From the NCBI GenBank assembly GCA_949916125.1, contig CATLEJ010000001.1, forward strand, positions 1 through 60,214: a DNA stretch of 60,214 nt, written 5' to 3'. Both the position numbers and the translations under genes were made by a program. Positions 38,483-47,538 of the stretch are shown piece after piece; positions within the stretch are counted from its first letter, which is position 1, and each line of letters starts with the position of its first letter. The notes under the pieces are model-generated. The model ran no database searches. It was not told the origin of the DNA and saw only the letters and a program-made list of their open reading frames with translations. The stretch is from an uncultured Oscillospiraceae bacterium (GTDB lineage: Bacteria; Bacillota; Clostridia; Oscillospirales; Oscillospiraceae).

Positions 38483-39577
38483 ATGACAATGAAAATCAGA
38501 GCGGAAATGGGCCGACAACGCGCGCCCCTGTGCCCGCCTGAATATCAGGTGGACAAGGTGGTGGAGCTTCCCAACACGCAGTTCGCGGCCTTTCTAATGA
38601 GGCCGCTGGATCAGTATGACTTCATCAGAAGCAATCAGGTCGAGCCCCACCAGGGCACCGGCCATGACCATTGCCTGCTGGTGCTGGGCGAGGGCCGGGC
38701 GGACGGCGTGCTGGTGCAGTGCGGCGCCGATGGCCGCGCCGCGTATTCCGCCTATGTGGCGGGGGCGCGGAACGTGGTGCGGGACAGACTGAACCAAGCC
38801 GCAGAGTTCATCGTCCAACAGTGCGCCGAAAACCCGGGCGGCGGAAGCTGGCACGCCTATTTCAATCAACGCCCTGGCCGCGGTGGCTGCAGTGTCAGCT
38901 TCGCGGAGTTGGGGAAACGGCTTGGGCTGACCATCCGAGAAGGCAGCGGGTTGGACAGTATGCTCTTGGACGCCCTGCGCCGCAGGCAGGAGGTGTCTGC
39001 GGTGGAACTGGACGATGGATGCGTCAGCGTGGTCTGTGATCTGGGCCCCCGCCAGGATAAAGACGCGCCGGAGAAAAAGACGGCCGTTTCGTTTTCGCCG
39101 GAGCGCGCGGCGGAACTCCTTGAGAATGCCGTATCCGCGGCGCTTGAGCTTTACCGGGGTGAGGATTGCTACTCCATGCTCCATGGCAGCTTCGGCCTGA
39201 CCATCCGGGAGATCCGGGAACATGGATACCTCTCGGATCAGGAGCTGTGCGATATTTGCCAGGTTCCCCGGCAGGTGCTGGAGGGCGGCATGAGGGTAAG
39301 GGATGTTCTCCAGATGGACGGCGTTTCCGAATCCGCCTCCCTGGCCCACAAGGACTCCACCGTCCTTGTTCCGCTGGAAGATCTGGAAAAGCTGACCGCC
39401 AGCGGCCAGGAGGACTTCGCCGCCCTGCTGGACGCCCGGGTGGCCGACATTCGGGTGGATGACGGAGAACCCGAGATGGTGCTGGAGGGCGTCGAAGCGA
39501 AAGAACTGGAGCGGTTTTGCGACGCGCTGGAAGCCCACGAGCAGGCGGAGCAGGCCATGGGCGACATGACGCCATGA
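38483..39577 (+). CDS. DUF6329-like domain protein
   Basis: VDKVVEL...F...PL..YDFI...HCLLVLGEG..DGVLV. Confidence 0.65.
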   Translation: MTMKIRAEMGRQRAPLCPPEYQVDKVVELPNTQFAAFLMRPLDQYDFIRSNQVEPHQGTGHDHCLLVLGEGRADGVLVQCGADGRAAYSAYVAGARNVVRDRLNQAAEFIVQQCAENPGGGSWHAYFNQRPGRGGCSVSFAELGKRLGLTIREGSGLDSMLLDALRRRQEVSAVELDDGCVSVVCDLGPRQDKDAPEKKTAVSFSPERAAELLENAVSAALELYRGEDCYSMLHGSFGLTIREIREHGYLSDQELCDICQVPRQVLEGGMRVRDVLQMDGVSESASLAHKDSTVLVPLEDLEKLTASGQEDFAALLDARVADIRVDDGEPEMVLEGVEAKELERFCDALEAHEQAEQAMGDMTP

Positions 39578-40698
39578 AGCAAAAAATCGATTTGGCCCAG
39601 GCATCCGAGGGGCTGGCCCTGTATGCCGCCCGGCGGCTGGTGGGTTTTGAACAGGGGCGTCCGGGCGAGTCCTGCTGCCAGCCCGAAACACGCCACGGGT
39701 GGATCCGCGGCATCATCCAGGGCATGGCGGAGGTGTGTGGACAGGATGCTGCGCCGTTGCTCCGCGCGTTCGGCCAGCGGTTGGATGCGGCCAGTGGTTC
39801 ATCCAACATAGAGCCGCTCCCCCTAAATAGGCAGAAGTACACCGTCCAGAATCTGCGGCGGTATGTCTCCGCTTTGGGGCGTATGGAGGGCGACCAGCGG
39901 GCGCGGATTTTCGCCGTGAAGAAACTGCTGGAAGATGTGGGCGCCTACCTGCCCTGGGACGTGGGCGCCACCGGCGTCTACCCTGCCAGGGAGGAAACGG
40001 AGCAGGCGCTCCTGCGGGCGGTGGCCCAGCGGCCCATCCGCTTTACCCGCGTCCTGTTAGGCGGCGAGTTGGATCCGGGCGGTGTGGAATACCTGCCTGG
40101 GATGATCAATGATGTGGAAGCCGTGCGGCGCACCCGGGAGTTCCAACGGCTCACGCTGGAATATCCGAAGCGGGAGGAATGGCCCGCGCTGTGCATCGTC
40201 TGCATGGGCGGCAGGCGGCAGGCGGAGTCCAATACGATAGACGCAGACGGGCTGGATATGGCGGTGATCCGCGAATACGAACGGGAGTTTATGAAGCGGC
40301 CCGAAGTGCGTCCAGTGTGGATGCATGAGCTGACCGTCCCCGTCCACGAACAGCTCCGAATGCTGAAATTCGAGCCGGGGAAAGCGCCGGAGGAGATCAC
40401 CATGCCCAATACGCTGGAGGCGTTCCAGACGGCGGTAGGTGGGGACATTGAAGCCGTGGGGCTGGACAGCGGCGCCGTCCTGATCTGCAATGAGGAGGGC
40501 AAGCTGATGGGACTGCCGGCCAACCGTCAGGTGGGTGGAGACACCATTGCCGGGACGTTCCTGATCGCGGGTTCGGCAGACGGTGAATTCTGCTCCCTGT
40601 CCGATGAGGAAACGGCCCGATATGCCCGGGAGTTCGCCCAATCCATTTCAGAGCCGTGCCCGGAAGGGCTGAAGGAAATGACGTTCTACATCATGTAA
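39574..40698 (+). CDS. DUF3846-domain protein
   Basis: EPGKAP...NTLEAFQTAVGGDIE...CNEEGKLMGLPANR. Confidence 0.75.
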   Translation: MKQKIDLAQASEGLALYAARRLVGFEQGRPGESCCQPETRHGWIRGIIQGMAEVCGQDAAPLLRAFGQRLDAASGSSNIEPLPLNRQKYTVQNLRRYVSALGRMEGDQRARIFAVKKLLEDVGAYLPWDVGATGVYPAREETEQALLRAVAQRPIRFTRVLLGGELDPGGVEYLPGMINDVEAVRRTREFQRLTLEYPKREEWPALCIVCMGGRRQAESNTIDADGLDMAVIREYEREFMKRPEVRPVWMHELTVPVHEQLRMLKFEPGKAPEEITMPNTLEAFQTAVGGDIEAVGLDSGAVLICNEEGKLMGLPANRQVGGDTIAGTFLIAGSADGEFCSLSDEETARYAREFAQSISEPCPEGLKEMTFYIM

Positions 40699-40714
40699 TG
40701 AGGAGGAATCAGGA

Positions 40715-40969
40715 ATGAAAAAAGCAAACATCACAGTGGCGTTCGACGAGGAAAAGCTGGGCGCGCTGGAGTTCTCACTGAAGAAAGAGGGCTTCTCCGT
40801 GCAGGCGCGGTTGGAGCAGACTCTGGGCCAGCTCTACGAGCGCACCGTGCCCGCGCCGGTGCGGGAGTACCTGGACAGCCGCGCCGCCCCCGCGCCCCGG
40901 CCCCGCCGTCCGGCCAAGCCCGCGCCCAAGGAGCGGCCCGCCCCGTCCGGCGAGGAGGGTGGCGTATGA
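40715..40969 (+). CDS. DUF6103-like small protein
   Basis: ITVAFDEEKLGAL...LYERTVPAPVREYL. Confidence 0.65.
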   Translation: MKKANITVAFDEEKLGALEFSLKKEGFSVQARLEQTLGQLYERTVPAPVREYLDSRAAPAPRPRRPAKPAPKERPAPSGEEGGV

Positions 40970-41637
40970 ATTCCCGGGACATCACCCTCTGGCTGGACGA
41001 GCGGTGGTATGACGCCCTCTCCCACCAGTTCAAAAAGAAGGACACCACCGTGGAGGATGAGCTGAACGAGTACCTGGACGCGATGATCGACCAGCTCCCG
41101 GAGCAGGTGCGGGAAAAGATCAGCCGGGAGATCTGGGAGGAGGATCAGCGGCAGCGCGAGGCGACGGAAGCCGCCCGCCGCATCTCTGTATTCCGGGTCA
41201 CCCAGGACGGGCGGACGGATCATCTGCTGACGCAGGGGACGATCCCTGTGGATGTGCTTCACGCCGCCGTGGCGCTGCGCTCCTACCTGCTGGCAAAGGG
41301 AAACAGCTCCCAGCGTTTCGCGGAGCGTCTGCACAGCGTGATGGACATCGCGCCGGAGGTGTTCCAGGACTACGCCGGCGAGCTGATGCGGCGCACTGGG
41401 CGGGTGACCGCCGTGCTGGACATCGATCTGGATCGGGGCGAGTTCTCTACCCTGGACGCGCTGAACGGTTGGGAAACCTACACCATCCGGGATGTGTCCA
41501 CCGCCGCGTGGCACGCCAACCGAAAGGATCATCTGGCATGGGAACGGCGGCTGGATATCTTCGCAGGACATCTGGAAACCCGGATGCTCCGCTGTGATGC
41601 CCCCGAGGCAGAACCGACCAACGGCCCCGTGATGTAA
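40966..41637 (+). CDS. hypothetical protein (N-terminus resembles the preceding DUF6103-like protein)
   Basis: ATGA overlap; ITLWLDE...LPEQVRE; tail EPTNGPVM. Confidence 0.7.
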   Translation: MNSRDITLWLDERWYDALSHQFKKKDTTVEDELNEYLDAMIDQLPEQVREKISREIWEEDQRQREATEAARRISVFRVTQDGRTDHLLTQGTIPVDVLHAAVALRSYLLAKGNSSQRFAERLHSVMDIAPEVFQDYAGELMRRTGRVTAVLDIDLDRGEFSTLDALNGWETYTIRDVSTAAWHANRKDHLAWERRLDIFAGHLETRMLRCDAPEAEPTNGPVM

Positions 41638-41761
41638 CCTCGCTGTTGGTTTTACACACGCAGCCCCAGCAAAAATCGTTGCGTTTGGTGAATGGATATC
41701 CCGGCGCGGGTGTGGCATTGTGTTGCCAGCCCCAAAAATTTGAAGGAAGGATGAGTTGAAC

Positions 41762-42304
41762 ATGAGTACCCAAACCCGTTTCACACCTACCGAGGTATGC
41801 ACCCTGGTCGCCCACGAGGCGGTGTCCATGCTGGACACGGTGCAGACAGAGATCCCCCAATGCGTGAGGGAATGCCGCACCGCGCTGGAGGCGCTCACCA
41901 CGATTCACAATCTGGGTGAGGACGGCAAAGCCCTGCTGGACTGGCTGGACACCGAGATCGCCAACGCTGAACTGTATGTCACCAACGGCAAAAACCTGCC
42001 CTACCTGATCGATATGACCTGCCTGAATCCAGAGCCGGATGCGGCGACACAAATGGATTTGATCTGGGCGCTGTTTGAAACGGCGGCGATGGAGAAGTGC
42101 GGGCCGGAGCAGCGGCAGGCACTTCTGAGTACCGCACGGACGGTCACAGAGATGTGCGGGCTGGATGATCTGCTCCTGGCAACCCTGCGGCCCAACGGGG
42201 CCAAACTGGCCAAGGGGCTCAACACCGAGCTGGATGACATCCGTTGTGCGCTTAAGGTCAATGCGGAACTGTACCCCGGCTCCATGCGGCAGGAGATGGG
42301 GTAA
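41762..42304 (+). CDS. hypothetical protein
   Basis: GGAAGGA SD; about 180 aa; tail GSMRQEMG. Confidence 0.7.
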   Translation: MSTQTRFTPTEVCTLVAHEAVSMLDTVQTEIPQCVRECRTALEALTTIHNLGEDGKALLDWLDTEIANAELYVTNGKNLPYLIDMTCLNPEPDAATQMDLIWALFETAAMEKCGPEQRQALLSTARTVTEMCGLDDLLLATLRPNGAKLAKGLNTELDDIRCALKVNAELYPGSMRQEMG

Positions 42305-42830
42305 GCCAGCGGAGGATCCCTTCTCAGACTGCTCAGAGGGCCGCTTCGCATCTTGCGGAGCGGCCCTCCCGCTATTCCCACCGTGTCGGCCCCTTTGAGG
42401 GCGTTTGCGGCCTTCCTGTGGCCCACGTAGAGTCCCAGCCCCACCGAGGGGGTGAAACGCGGTGTTGGCCCGCTGTGGGCCGATTGTGCGGGTCGGCAGT
42501 TTTGGCCCCCGCCAAGGGCCCTTTCTGGCCCACCCGGAAGGGCAATGCAGGCGGGGACGCCAGGGCAATCCAGACGTTCGATTTTTGTGCTGGATAAAGC
42601 GGTGATATCACCGCCTCTCACACCGGCCCGCAATGCGGGCCGGGAATACGGTTTTGTGGGAGCTTTGATGGCTTTGCATCACCTTTCCACGGTGTCCAAC
42701 TGCCATCGTTTTTTGCGGGGTGCAATCAAATCTGCTATCAGCAGAACAAAAACTGCGGTGGTTGCCGCAGTTTTTGAGTTTCAGAAGTGCTATCAAACCC
42801 ATTTTGACCGATATTTTGGAGGTATTTATA
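42305..42830. other. candidate oriT / regulatory intergenic region
   Basis: Non-coding region upstream of RHH + relaxase; inverted repeat AAAAACTGCGG..CCGCAGTTTTT (about 42748-42776); TGCTATCA x2 and TGATATCA. Confidence 0.45.
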
Positions 42831-42831
42831 G

Positions 42832-43236
42832 ATGGCAGAAGAAAAAGTAAAGTTCCTGATGCGGATCGATCCGGATACCGACAGGAAGATCAAGGCGGCC
42901 CTGTCGCGCACCAACTGCCGGAGCCAGAACGAGTTCATGGAAAGCGCGGTGCGTTTTTACTGCGACTACCTGGCCGCTGAGGACGTGGCGGATTTTCTGC
43001 CGCCCATTTTTGTCCACGCCATGCGCGGTACCCTCCAGTGCAGCGAGGAGCGGATCGCCCGTCTGCTGTTCAAGCTGACGGTGGAGATCAGCATGATGAT
43101 GCACGTGCTGGCGGCGGGGCTGGAGATCGACGCCAGTCAGCTGGACGCACTGCGCTGGCAGTGTGTGCAGGAGGTGAAAAAGACCAACGGCAGCATCACG
43201 TTCAAGGACACGCTGAAAAAACACGAGGGCGAGTGA
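42832..43236 (+). CDS. RHH relaxosome accessory (MobC-like) protein
   Basis: KFLMRIDPDTDRKI...SQNEFMESAVRFY; directly upstream of the relaxase. Confidence 0.7.
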   Translation: MAEEKVKFLMRIDPDTDRKIKAALSRTNCRSQNEFMESAVRFYCDYLAAEDVADFLPPIFVHAMRGTLQCSEERIARLLFKLTVEISMMMHVLAAGLEIDASQLDALRWQCVQEVKKTNGSITFKDTLKKHEGE

Positions 43237-43371
43237 CCGCGCAAAAATTTTGAGCGTCCGCCAAGGGGGTGCTGCACCCTCTTGGTGAACTGAGGGTGGG
43301 TTCATGATGGACTGCCCTGAAGGTAGTCTCTCTAAGAGTTTAGTACAGAGAAAAGACATGGGGGTGAACTT

Positions 43372-45765
43372 ACGCCGCGCGTCATTTTCAAGTGCCCGCA
43401 CATCAAGGGCGGCGGTGAGAAGGCCGCCGCCCACCTGGGCAACTACGTTAAGTACGCCGCCACTCGGGAGGGCGTGGAGCGCGTCGATCCCGGCAAAGCG
43501 GAGTTGCCTGCCACGGACAAACAGGCCAAGCTGGTGGCGCAGCTCCTCCGGGACTTCCCGTCCAGCCGCGGGCTGTTCGAGTACGAGGACTACCAGGCCG
43601 CGCCCACCCGGGGAAACGCCTCGGAGTTCATCACCCGCGCCATCGAGGACAACTATGAGCAGGTGGCAAAAAAAGAAAACTACGTGGACTACATCGCCAG
43701 CCGTCCCCGCGTCCAGCGCATGGGCGCCCACGGTTTGTTCACTGCCGGTGACAGCCCGCTGGTGCTGTCCCAGGTGGCGGATGAGGTGGCGCACCACCCC
43801 GGCGTGGTGTGGCTGCCCATCATCTCCCTGCGCCGGGAGGACGCCGCACGGCTGGGGTATGACAACGCCGAACGCTGGCGCAAGCTGCTGTCCGCCCATG
43901 CCATGGATATGGCAAAAGCAATGAAGATCCCAGATGCGCAGTTCCGTTGGTACGCCGCCTTTCATGACGAGGGCCACCACCCCCACGTCCACATGGTGTG
44001 TTACAGCGCCGACGGCAAGTCCGGCTTCCTCACCAAACGGGGCATCGCAGAGGTCAAGTCCATGCTGGCGAAGGAGATTTTTCAGCAAGACCTCTATGCC
44101 ATCTACCAGCGGCAGACCCAGCGGCGGGATGAACTCACCGAGGATGCCAGGAAAGTTATGACGCAGCTCGTCACCGAGATGCAGACCGGAACGTTGGAGA
44201 ACCAACGCATCCAGCAGCTTATGGCGGAGCTGGCCCAGCGTCTCCAGCACTGCTCCGGCAAGAAGCAGTACGGCTACCTGCCGCCAGCGGTAAAGTCACT
44301 GGTTGATGAAATCGTGACCGAGCTGGAGAAAGATCCCCGCATCGCCGCCGCCTATGACCTGTGGTACCAGGAGCGGGAAGAAGTGCTGCGGACGTACAAG
44401 GACGATCTGCCACCGCGTGACCCACTCGTCCGGCAAAAGGCGTTCAAGCGGATCAAAAATATCGTGGTGGAGGAGGCGGTGCGATTGGGTGATTTTGTGC
44501 CGCCCGATATCACTCCCCAGACCGAGCCAGTAGGTGAGCCGACTGATGATGAACCTGTGGATAGGCCGTTCGATGATGCAGCCGTGGATGCGCCCATCGG
44601 CACCGGAGAGATTTCTCCCCACGCTAAGTGGACGCGCAGCTACCGAACCGCCCGTCAACTCCTGTTTGGCGACGAGGACAGTCCTCCAAACTTCGAGGCG
44701 GCGTTTGATCTGCTCACCCAGGAGGCCAATGCCGGGAATGCCTTGGCCATGGCCGATCTGGGCCGGATGTACGCCGAGGGTCTGGGCCGGGAGCCTGATT
44801 CGGAACTGGCACAGGAATGGTATGCCAAGGCGCTGACCACGTTCCTCTCGGCGGAAAAGGCCGCGCCGGATCGCTGCACCCAATACCGCATCGGCAAGCT
44901 GTACGCCGCAGGGCTGGGCGCGGAACAGGACTACGGGGAGGCCGCCCGGTGGCTGGAGAAGTCTGCGGACGCCGGATACAAATACGCCCAGTACACCCTG
45001 GCCGGACTGTACCGGAACAGTAAAGGTGTGGAGCAGGATTATGTGGCGGCACGGGAGCTGTACGCCAAGGCGGTCACCTTCCCCTATGCCGCCTACGAGC
45101 TGGGCAAGCTGTACCGGGACGGGCTGGGCGGTGACGCTAACCAGGAACGTGCCGCCTGGTATTTCCGTCAGGCGTTCACCGGGTTTCAGATCATGGCGGG
45201 CAGATCCCCGGACGACAGGCTCCAGTACCGCATCGGCTGGATGCTCCTCCATGGGGAGGGCACGGAACAGGACGAGGCGGCGGCGCTGCCCTGGCTGGAG
45301 AAAGCTGCCGAGCGCGGCAATGTGCTGGCAAAGTATCAGCTGGGCAAGCTCCTACTCCTCGGTGCCGAGACAGTGCCCAAGGATGTGGATCGGGCGCTGG
45401 AGCTGCTCACTGAGTGCGCAGAGGATGGAAATCAGTTTGCCCAGTACACACTGGGCAAGGCGTATCTGCTGGGTGGGGACGTCCCCCAGGATCAGGGGCA
45501 GGCCGTCCACTGGCTGGGGCTGTCCGCCCAGCAGGGCAATCAGTACGCCCAATATTATCTGAACCGCGTGTACAGCTCAATTTTTTCGTCCACCGCTTCA
45601 CTCCTGTACCACATGGGCCGCATCTTCCAGGAACAGCGCCCCCAGCCTGTGGCCGGGATGCGGGTTGCGGTGGACAGCAAGCTCAGGAGGAGGATCCGGG
45701 AGAAGAAGATCGCCATGGGCCACAAGCCGGATGATCACGAGGAACAGGCCCAGACGCTCTCTTGA
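43372..45765 (+). CDS. MobP3-type relaxase with SEL1-like repeats (apparent ACG start)
   Basis: YVKYAATREGVE, YIASRP, WYAAFHDEGHHPHVH HUH motif, AQY.L/G..Y..G SEL1 repeats. Confidence 0.9.
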   Translation, partial: TPRVIFKCPHIKGGGEKAAAHLGNYVKYAATREGVERVDPGKAELPATDKQAKLVAQLLRDFPSSRGLFEYEDYQAAPTRGNASEFITRAIEDNYEQVAKKENYVDYIASRPRVQRMGAHGLFTAGDSPLVLSQVADEVAHHPGVVWLPIISLRREDAARLGYDNAERWRKLLSAHAMDMAKAMKIPDAQFRWYAAFHDEGHHPHVHMVCYSADGKSGFLTKRGIAEVKSMLAKEIFQQDLYAIYQRQTQRRDELTEDARKVMTQLVTEMQTGTLENQRIQQLMAELAQRLQHCSGKKQYGYLPPAVKSLVDEIVTELEKDPRIAAAYDLWYQEREEVLRTYKDDLPPRDPLVRQKAFKRIKNIVVEEAVRLGDFVPPDITPQTEPVGEPTDDEPVDRPFDDAAVDAPIGTGEISPHAKWTRSYRTARQLLFGDEDSPPNFEAAFDLLTQEANAGNALAMADLGRMYAEGLGREPDSELAQEWYAKALTTFLSAEKAAPDRCTQYRIGKLYAAGLGAEQDYGEAARWLEKSADAGYKYAQYTLAGLYRNSKGVEQDYVAARELYAKAVTFPYAAYELGKLYRDGLGGDANQERAAWYFRQAFTGFQIMAGRSPDDRLQYRIGWMLLHGEGTEQDEAAALPWLEKAAERGNVLAKYQLGKLLLLGAETVPKDVDRALELLTECAEDGNQFAQYTLGKAYLLGGDVPQDQGQAVHWLGLSAQQGNQYAQYYLNRVYSSIFSSTASLLYHMGRIFQEQRPQPVAGMRVAVDSKLRRRIREKKIAMGHKPDDHEEQAQTLS

Positions 45766-45790
45766 AGTTCATTGACTTCTGCCGTATAAT
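45762..45790 (+). promoter_or_regulatory. sigma70 promoter
   Basis: TTGAAG-17nt-TATAAT upstream of 45823. Confidence 0.65.
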
Positions 45791-45822
45791 GCAGGTGATG
45801 AACAGAGAGAAGGTGGTGCAGA

Positions 45823-46545
45823 ATGGCAAACGAGAGCGGTGTCTGGATTATGCGCGGCATGGCCTGGGATGATCCAAACCGAATCCGAACATGGGAACAC
45901 CTGGTTGATTTAATTGATAAGATTGGATTTCTGCCGCTGTTCAAAAATGAGATCGCCGGATTCTCCGCGGAGGAACACACCTCCGACCGATTTTGGTGGA
46001 CAGGCGACCCGGCCCAGGATCCTTGGGAGTGGAGGGAGATGATTGCCCGCAGCGGGCGGGTGGCCTACGGCAAGTTCTTCGATAAAAAAGCCGGCTTTAT
46101 CTCCAGGGAGTGGTTTCCACGGTTTGCGAACTGCCGCAGGGACGGCTATGATTTTGAAAGCCGCTGGGACGATGAGCTGGCCAGCTTGCGTTGCAAAAAA
46201 ATCATGGATCGGTTTGCCGAAAAGGACGAGTGGTTTTCATTTGAATTGAAACAGAATGCCGGTTTTGGCAAAGGCGGCGAAAAGAATTTTGAAGGTACGG
46301 TGACAGAGCTGCAGATGCAGACTTATTTGGTTATTCGGGATTTCCGCCAACGGGTGAATAAGAAAGGCGCCCCATACGGCTGGCCCATCTCGGTCTACAC
46401 CACGCCGGAAGCCCTCTGGGGATATGAACACATCACGTCCGCATACGTGGAAGCGCCGGCGATATCCCGGGAACGGATCGTTGGACGCATTCGAGAGATG
46501 TTCCCGGACGCAAACGAAGCCCAAATTAAAAAGGTTCTATCGTAA
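45823..46545 (+). CDS. conserved hypothetical protein (AlkZ-related/winged-helix-like)
   Basis: IGFLPLF, PWEWR, AYGKFF.KKAGFIS; lower GC than flanks. Confidence 0.6.
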   Translation: MANESGVWIMRGMAWDDPNRIRTWEHLVDLIDKIGFLPLFKNEIAGFSAEEHTSDRFWWTGDPAQDPWEWREMIARSGRVAYGKFFDKKAGFISREWFPRFANCRRDGYDFESRWDDELASLRCKKIMDRFAEKDEWFSFELKQNAGFGKGGEKNFEGTVTELQMQTYLVIRDFRQRVNKKGAPYGWPISVYTTPEALWGYEHITSAYVEAPAISRERIVGRIREMFPDANEAQIKKVLS

Positions 46546-46553
46546 CCTGAACA

Positions 46554-46586
46554 GGCTGTCCACTTCATTGTGGGCAGTCTTTTTTT
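46554..46586 (+). terminator. intrinsic terminator
   Basis: GGCTGTCCAC-ttcatt-GTGGGCAGTC + T7. Confidence 0.7.
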
Positions 46587-46599
46587 GGAGGTGAAAAAT

Positions 46600-47523
46600 T
46601 TGCCCTACATCCATTTCACAGAAGCACAAAAGCTCCGGGCCAACGCGGCAGACCTGGTGGAGTTCCTCCGATTCAAAGGGGCGCCGCTGATCCGCGAAGG
46701 GTCGGAGTACCGTCTGTCCAGCAACCACAGCGTCACCGTCCTGGGCAATGAGTTTTACGACCATGCCACCGAGAAGGGCGGCGGGCCCGTGACTTTTCTC
46801 AAGGAGTTCTACGGGATGAATTATCAGGAGGCGGTGCTGACGCTGCTTAACGAGGACGCCGGCCAGCTCTGCCCCCAGGTGAGCGCACCCCGGGAGAAAG
46901 TAAAAAAGCCCTTCGTGCTGCCGCCCGCCAGCGAGAACAACAGGCGGGTGTTTGCCTATCTCCTCAAGCACCGCCATCTGGATCGGGACGTGCTGACTGC
47001 CTTTGTCCGCTCAGGGCTGATCTACGAGGATCAGAAATACCACAACGCCGTCTTCGTGGGCAGAGACAATGACGGCACCGCCCGCCACGCCCACAAGCGC
47101 AGTACCAACAGCCAGGGCAAGACCTTCCGCATGACGGCGGAGGGCAGCGACTTCCGCTACGCCTTCAACTGGCCCGGTTCCAGCGGGCATCTGATGGTGT
47201 TCGAAGCCCCCATTGATATGCTCTCGCTGATTTCCATCTACCATGACAGCGACTGGGCGAAGCACAGCTATGTGGCCCTGTGCGGCACGTCCTCCCAGCC
47301 CCTGCTGGGGATGCTGGAGCGGCACCCCAATATTGAAAATGTCCTCCTGTGCCTGGACAATGACCAGGCGGGGCAGCTTGCCACGCGGCGGCTGGCCCAA
47401 GTGGTGCGGGAGCGGGGGCTGGCGGTGGATGCGCGGGTGCCAGTCAATAAAGATTGGAACGAGGATCTGTGCGCGAATTTTCAACAGGCGGAGGAGCAGC
47501 AATTTGAACAGAAACTATCATGA
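46600..47523 (+). CDS. DUF3991 + Toprim-domain primase-like protein
   Basis: FEAPIDMLS, LCLDNDQAG, KDWNEDL. Confidence 0.85.
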   Translation: MPYIHFTEAQKLRANAADLVEFLRFKGAPLIREGSEYRLSSNHSVTVLGNEFYDHATEKGGGPVTFLKEFYGMNYQEAVLTLLNEDAGQLCPQVSAPREKVKKPFVLPPASENNRRVFAYLLKHRHLDRDVLTAFVRSGLIYEDQKYHNAVFVGRDNDGTARHAHKRSTNSQGKTFRMTAEGSDFRYAFNWPGSSGHLMVFEAPIDMLSLISIYHDSDWAKHSYVALCGTSSQPLLGMLERHPNIENVLLCLDNDQAGQLATRRLAQVVRERGLAVDARVPVNKDWNEDLCANFQQAEEQQFEQKLS

Positions 47524-47538
47524 AAGGCAGGGTTTGCC

